Source: a bacterium (lineage in GTDB: Bacteria; Patescibacteriota; Patescibacteriia; JAGPKW01). From it: DNA of 64,000 bases. The notes under the pieces were generated by a model. The model ran no database searches and was not told the origin of the DNA. It saw nothing but the letters and a program-made list of their open reading frames with translations. The stretch is from assembly GCA_021780535.1 (NCBI GenBank), contig JAJXYN010000011.1, positions 15,295-79,294 on the forward strand. The letters are read 5' to 3'. Positions 60,436 to 64,000 of the stretch are shown here, piece by piece (position 1 is the first letter of the stretch; every line of letters begins with the position of its first letter). The position numbers were made by a program, and so were the translations under genes.

Positions 60436-61554
60436 ATGCGAATTGGTATTGATGCTAGAATGTTAGGCGAGAGAGGTATTGGCCGTTATATTGAACAGCT
60501 TATTTTAAATTTGGAAAAACAAGATGTAGAAAACCAATATTATATTTTTTTGAATAAAAATAGCTTTGATAAATATGAACCTAGAGCTTTTAATTTTAAT
60601 AAGGTTTTAGCTGATTATAAATGGTATGGCATTGCTGAACAATTAAAATTTCCTGGATTATTAAAAAAATATAAGCTTGATCTTGTACATTTTCCTCATT
60701 TTAATGTTCCTATTTTCTATAATAAACCTTTTGTTGTTACAATCCATGATCTTATAGCTTTAAAATTCCCAACAACTAGAGCCACTACTCTTGGGCCATT
60801 CCAATATGCTGTTAAAAATTTTTTTTCTAAGTTTGTAATTGTCCATGCTGTTAAGAAAGCAAAAAAAATTATAGCCATTTCTGATTTTACTAAAAATGAT
60901 TTGATGGAATTTTTTAAATTTAATAAAAAACAAGAAAATAAAATAAAAGTTATATACGAAGGGGTTACTAAATTGGACAATGATTCTCAAATTAAGATTC
61001 ATACATCTGAATTTATAGATAAGAACCCACAATTTTTTGGATATGATTTTATTCTTTATATTGGATCTGCTTATCCTCACAAAAATCTTGATAAATTATG
61101 TGAAGCTTTTAAGAGTATAAATGATTTAAAATTGGTATTGGTTGGAAAAGAAGATTATTTTTATAATAAACTAAAAGAAGAATATAAAGATTTAATAAAT
61201 AATAAAATATTTTTAACTGGATATTTAGATGATAAAGAGCTATTAGGCCTTATAAATAAAGCTAAATTTTATATATTTCCATCTCTTTATGAAGGCTTTG
61301 GTTTACCTCCACTTGAAGTTATGCAATATGGCCTTCCTGTTCTTTCTTCTTATTCTTCTTGTTTGCCAGAAATACTTAGAGATTGTGCTGAATATTTTGA
61401 TGCCACAGATACAAATGAAATTATTTCATCTATAAATAAATTAAAAAATAACGAAAATAAACTTAAAGATCTTTCTATAAAGGAGCCATTGTTTGTTAAA
61501 AGATATCAATGGGCTGAATGTATTAGAGAAACTTTGAGTATTTATAAAAATTAA
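60436..61554 (+). CDS. Glycosyltransferase family 4
   Basis: RIGIDAR, GIGRY, TIHDL, HKNL, PSLYEGFGLPPLE. Confidence 0.92.
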   Translation: MRIGIDARMLGERGIGRYIEQLILNLEKQDVENQYYIFLNKNSFDKYEPRAFNFNKVLADYKWYGIAEQLKFPGLLKKYKLDLVHFPHFNVPIFYNKPFVVTIHDLIALKFPTTRATTLGPFQYAVKNFFSKFVIVHAVKKAKKIIAISDFTKNDLMEFFKFNKKQENKIKVIYEGVTKLDNDSQIKIHTSEFIDKNPQFFGYDFILYIGSAYPHKNLDKLCEAFKSINDLKLVLVGKEDYFYNKLKEEYKDLINNKIFLTGYLDDKELLGLINKAKFYIFPSLYEGFGLPPLEVMQYGLPVLSSYSSCLPEILRDCAEYFDATDTNEIISSINKLKNNENKLKDLSIKEPLFVKRYQWAECIRETLSIYKN

Positions 61555-61563
61555 TAAAATTTT

Positions 61564-62307
61564 ATGAAAGGAATTATTCTTGCTGGTGGGAATGGAACAA
61601 GACTTTCTCCTCTTACAAAAGTTACGAGCAAACAGCTTCTCCCAATTTACAACAAACCAATGATTTATTATCCTTTATACACTTTGCTTTCTGCTGGTAT
61701 AAAAGAAATTTTAATAATTGTTTCAAATGATAGACCTGGGGATTTTATGAGATTATTAGGCTCTGGAAAAGAATTTGGAGCTAAATTTACTTACGAAATA
61801 CAAGATAAAGCCAATGGCTTGCCTGAGGCATTTGTTATTGGTGAAGATTTTATGGATAATGAAAATGTTGCAATGATACTTGGAGATAATATTTTTGAAG
61901 ATGATTTTTCTTCTGCTATAAAAAACTTTAAAAGTGGTGGAAAAATTTTTGTTAAAGAAGTGTCAGACCCTGAGAGATTTGGTATTGCAGAGTTTGATAA
62001 TAATGGGAATGTTATACGTATAGAAGAAAAACCTAAACAACCAAAAAGTAATTATGCTATTACTGGTTTATACATATATGATCCTAGAGTTTGTAAATTC
62101 GCAAAAGAGCTAAAACCAACATGGAGACCAGAAACTGATATTACAGATCTTCATAATAAATATTTGGAATTAGGAGAATTATCCGTAGAAAAGGTAAGTG
62201 GTGAATGGATAGATGCTGGGACTTTTGAGACTTTGTTTAAAGCGACTGAACTTGCTAGGAAGAAATTCCATGATATGAATAGATGGGATTTTATAATGAA
62301 AAAATAA
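61564..62307 (+). CDS. rfbA: Glucose-1-phosphate thymidylyltransferase
   Basis: KGIILAGGNGTRL.PLT, KQLLPIYNKPMI, LGDNIF, WIDAGT. Confidence 0.9.
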   Translation: MKGIILAGGNGTRLSPLTKVTSKQLLPIYNKPMIYYPLYTLLSAGIKEILIIVSNDRPGDFMRLLGSGKEFGAKFTYEIQDKANGLPEAFVIGEDFMDNENVAMILGDNIFEDDFSSAIKNFKSGGKIFVKEVSDPERFGIAEFDNNGNVIRIEEKPKQPKSNYAITGLYIYDPRVCKFAKELKPTWRPETDITDLHNKYLELGELSVEKVSGEWIDAGTFETLFKATELARKKFHDMNRWDFIMKK

Positions 62308-62338
62308 AAATATCCTCAAAAAATTGAGGATATTTTTT
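62307..62338. terminator. Bidirectional terminator between convergent genes
   Basis: aaaatatcctcaa/ttgaggatatttt. Confidence 0.7.
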
Positions 62339-63656
62339 ATTGAAGATTTAAATTTGAAATTATATTTTTCCCTTTATCTTTATAAACAACAAATACTGAT
62401 TTATTATCAAAAGATATAACTTTACTGATATTATTTTTATTAGAAATAATATCTAATTCATTAACATTATCACCAATATTTATAAGCTTAATATCATTTT
62501 CTAAAATCAATATTGCATAATTTTTAGAGTAGAAATCTATATCTAATATTTTTTGACTATATCTTGTTGTAAATTTAACACTTTTTTCTTTTCTATCATA
62601 AACATTAAATTCATAATCATTCCAAGATATTATATAGTTTTTATCTATTTTTATATTCTTTCCTGTGATTTTTGTATAATCATTTTTGAAATCTTTAAAA
62701 ATATAAAATGAGTTATTATTGTTAGACAATACAAATTCACCATCTAAATAAAGAATGTCTTGTACATCATCCACTCCTAAATCATCATAAGAATAAACAA
62801 ATCCACTACTTAAATTTTTTTCTATAATTGATGTGTTTTTGATATAAAATATATTATCATTTACATAAACTAAATTATTTTTTTCAAATTGATCATCAAT
62901 AAGCTTAACTGTGTTTGACTGTAAATCCATGCTGTATATAGATTTTCCAGATTTAATAATTATTTCATAGTCATTAAATTCGTTCCAATAAATATTATCT
63001 ATATTTTTTACAAAATTGTCTAAATTTATGAGCCTATCACTGCTTATGTTATTAAATATTGGAATCATGTTTATATCTAAAATAAACAACTTGTCTTCCA
63101 TGTTTATTAATAACTTCGTATTCCGTCTTGACCAAGATATTTTTTTAATTTGTTTACTTGTAGAATAAACATTAAATTCTTCTTTTGTTAAAACGTCGTA
63201 TATAAATATGTTATTTAATTTTGTTTCAGTATTATATCTTACATAAGATATATATTTATTATCACTTGAATAGTAAGTGTTTTCACCAAATTCATTAGCT
63301 GGCGATAGTTCTATATCTTTTAAAACCAAGTCGTAATTAACGAATGATGTTATGGATGGAGTTATTTCAACCTTTTGCTCCCATTCTTTGTACCCATTTT
63401 TTACAAGTTTTAAATTATATTCTCCTGGAGTTAATTGATTTACTATTGCTGGTGTTTTTTGATTGATTTTTTTATCATTTAGATATATCTCTGTCTTGTT
63501 TGGATTTGTATTTATATACAGACTACCTGTCTGTATAAGTCTAAAATTTTTAAAATCTATCCTGTACCCACTATAAACTATAAGCGTGAGAGCTGTTACT
63601 GATATAGACAGTGTTGTAAACAGAAAAACACTGACTAATCTTAGTTTTTTATTCAT
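62337..63656 (-). CDS. PEGA-domain protein with beta-propeller-like C-terminus
   Basis: TM, GYRID..QTGSLYINTNP..TPA..LTPGEYNLKLVKNGYKEW. Confidence 0.82.
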   Translation of the reverse strand: MNKKLRLVSVFLFTTLSISVTALTLIVYSGYRIDFKNFRLIQTGSLYINTNPNKTEIYLNDKKINQKTPAIVNQLTPGEYNLKLVKNGYKEWEQKVEITPSITSFVNYDLVLKDIELSPANEFGENTYYSSDNKYISYVRYNTETKLNNIFIYDVLTKEEFNVYSTSKQIKKISWSRRNTKLLINMEDKLFILDINMIPIFNNISSDRLINLDNFVKNIDNIYWNEFNDYEIIIKSGKSIYSMDLQSNTVKLIDDQFEKNNLVYVNDNIFYIKNTSIIEKNLSSGFVYSYDDLGVDDVQDILYLDGEFVLSNNNNSFYIFKDFKNDYTKITGKNIKIDKNYIISWNDYEFNVYDRKEKSVKFTTRYSQKILDIDFYSKNYAILILENDIKLINIGDNVNELDIISNKNNISKVISFDNKSVFVVYKDKGKNIISNLNLQ

Positions 63657-63779
63657 AAATAATTGTTATTTTATCTAATAGAATATACAATATATTAGGT
63701 AAAAAAGCAACCCAATAAGGCAATAGAATAAGAACCGCTTTCGGCGGATGAGAATAAATAAGAATTTTTTAAATATATT

Positions 63780-64000
63780 ATGACTATTAAATATAAAATT
63801 ATTTACACTAAACGTAAAAGCTTAGCAATTATTATTAAAAACGATGGCGAAGTTCATGTTAGAGCCCCAAAACACAAATTTTTTGATAGTTCTAAAATAG
63901 AAGAATTTGTTTATAGTAAAAAAGAGTGGATAGCTACTAATGTTGATAAAATGAAAAAGAACGCAAAAGAGAAAAAACCAGAGATGTCACCGAAAGAAAG
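63780..64000 (+). CDS. YgjP/DUF45-like metallopeptidase, 5' part only
   Basis: MTIKYKIIYTKRKSLAIIIKNDGEVHVRAP..FVYSKKEWI; runs off the window. Confidence 0.75.
   Translation, partial: MTIKYKIIYTKRKSLAIIIKNDGEVHVRAPKHKFFDSSKIEEFVYSKKEWIATNVDKMKKNAKEKKPEMSPKE

Noticed and set aside
844-61080. Numerous short antisense or shadow ORFs in the ORF track
   Set aside because: They overlap well-supported genes and show no motifs
1-64000. Alternative genetic code (UGA = Gly)
   Set aside because: Long conserved genes are intact under code 11, and TGA ends plausible genes at 955, 36815 and 58429

Overview
This is a very AT-rich bacterial chromosomal segment using genetic code 11. Gene content (tandem DUF4012 proteins, archaeal-type non-discriminating AspRS with GatCAB, short ProRS, PEGA and bPH proteins, core genes without Shine-Dalgarno sites) suggests a Patescibacteria/CPR genome; this is inference. 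The first 34 kb is mostly housekeeping: prfA, aspS, gatCAB, MATE and MacAB-type exporters, lepA, frr, rseP, proS, mreBCD-mrdA. From 34 to 62 kb is a surface-glycan cluster: ugd, UDP-GlcA decarboxylase, GT2/GT4/GT-C enzymes, a B12 radical SAM, methyltransferases and rfbA. Four non-standard signals stand out. (1) Four minus-strand solo nuclease/toxin-like genes (NYN, two PemK/MazF, DUF3800) interrupt the glycan cluster. All start with MEKE and none has a protein antitoxin. Each is faced by a convergent sigma70 promoter driving a ~90-165 nt hairpin-rich RNA whose terminator overlaps or abuts the toxin stop. The modules sit within shared 110-140 bp repeats, next to a REP-associated tyrosine transposase. 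(2) A ~700 nt GC-rich, densely structured unit with promoter and terminator but no credible ORF (59.5-60.25 kb) is a candidate large ncRNA. (3) A ~95 nt rod-like hairpin motif occurs four times, with a conserved core and compensatory stems. (4) Several standalone ORFans carry strong Shine-Dalgarno sites although the core genes lack them. All calls come from reading motifs by eye; no database search was run.
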